Below are positions 63,146 to 64,000 of a stretch of DNA of 64,000 nucleotides, one piece after another. The stretch lies in assembly GCA_026110335.1 (NCBI GenBank), contig GCA_026110335.1_3055.1; one strand, 5' to 3'. The translations under genes were made by a program, and so were the position numbers. The first letter of the stretch is position 1. Each line of letters opens with the position of its first letter. The stretch comes from a phage. The notes beneath the pieces are model-generated. The model was not told where the DNA came from. It searched no databases and saw nothing but the letters and a program-made list of their open reading frames with translations.

Positions 63146-63686
63146 ATAAAAAATCCAAACTAGGAGAATCGTCTACAACACTTTTCTTTTCAGCCCCCGG
63201 TGTTCTATAGGTTGATTCTTCGTAATGCGTCATTTTATCGTAGATGTCTTGAATAAAAGTTTCATCTACTAACGCAACCATATCGTCGTCACGGCTGTCA
63301 TAGACATTGTGAACGAAGTAACTATATTTCTTTGCAACTTCCTTACGTTCTTTTTTAATACGCTGGACGAATGCATTAAAACAAGCTTGAGTTATATACG
63401 CATGTGGGTTTTTATATTTCGTTTCATCAAAATTATGAAGCCCCTTAATAGAAGCTTCTATACCATCTGCAATCATTTCTTGTTTCCAAGACTGGGTGTA
63501 TCCTGAAAAGTTGAAACGTTTAGATAAGCCTTCTGCAATAAGCATAATGGCTAATCCGATAGTATCATTCTGACGAACTACTTTATTTGGGTCTTTATTA
63601 TTTGCTAATTCTGTTTTCCAATCAATAATAGCTTGTAAAAGCTCTTTATTGTTTACGTAATTATATTTAGGCTTAGTTTCTGACAT
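63129..63686 (-). CDS. 55: late sigma factor gp55
   Basis: 185 aa from '[20 protein letters not shown]'; matches T4 gp55 as recalled. Confidence 0.85.
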
Positions 63687-63764
63687 TTTCACCTCTTAGC
63701 TCAATTCATAGATCTATTATATCATAATATTTGAAGATCTATCTTAAAGCATAGAGGATATCAG

Positions 63765-63971
63765 TTATCTAAGTAAACAGTATGCTTGGAATACTTTCTC
63801 CATCATCTTTTTAAATTCATGAATATCTATGTAATGATCATTAATATCAGCGCGATATAAAAAGTCTAAAAACTTTTTATGGGTATTAGAATATTTACTT
63901 CCAGTTAATTCAGAAACATGGCTTTCCCAATATCCAACACCAGTTTTATTTGGGAAAAATGAAATTTTCAT
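63765..63971 (-). CDS. hypothetical protein (55.1-like)
   Basis: 68 aa; another ORF begins beyond 63972 and runs off the window. Confidence 0.45.
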   Translation of the reverse strand: MKISFFPNKTGVGYWESHVSELTGSKYSNTHKKFLDFLYRADINDHYIDIHEFKKMMEKVFQAYCLLR

Positions 63972-64000
63972 GTATTGGTCAACATAGAAAATACCAAAAT

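Overview
This 64-kb window is a contiguous segment of a T-even (T4-like, Tequatrovirus-type) myovirus genome. It is co-linear with phage T4 from td/frd and gene 32, through the long-tail-fibre block (34-35-36-37-38) and holin t, asiA/arn/motA, gene 52, stp/ndd/denB, rIIB/rIIA, gene 39, dexA/dda/srd/modA/modB/soc, gene 56, dam, primase 61 and helicase 41, uvsX, dCMP hydroxymethylase 42, imm, DNA polymerase 43, regA, clamp loader/clamp 62-44-45, rpbA, 46/47 and alpha-gt, to gene 55. About 105 protein-coding genes are called. Nearly all early/middle genes are on the minus strand; the late tail-fibre/holin block is on the plus strand. No rRNA, tRNA, CRISPR array, integrase or transposase was seen. 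Non-coding structure is rich: T4-type early promoters (GTTTAC -35, extended -10), MotA-box middle promoters, TATAAATA late promoters, the gene 32 pseudoknot operator, and many C(UUCG)G hairpins at gene boundaries. Differences from the T4 reference as I recall it: td has no intron; an extra ORF sits at the frd/td junction; gene 39 is one fused ORF; gp37/gp38 are of the T2 type; a GT-A-like glycosyltransferase occupies the beta-gt position; a SegA-like GIY-YIG endonuclease lies beside uvsX; and a plus-strand membrane micro-protein gene lies between dam and gene 61. All identifications rest on reading the sequence and on recalled T4 protein sequences, lengths, motifs and synteny; no database search or folding was run. 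Small-ORF calls and refined start codons are lower confidence. No single complete novel multi-gene system is demonstrable from sequence alone; the best candidates for undescribed accessory functions are the frd/td insertion ORF, the dam-61 plus-strand ORF, the glycosyltransferase at the beta-gt locus, the Cys/Ser-repeat protein upstream of mrh, and the unassigned ORFs beside sp/dmd.
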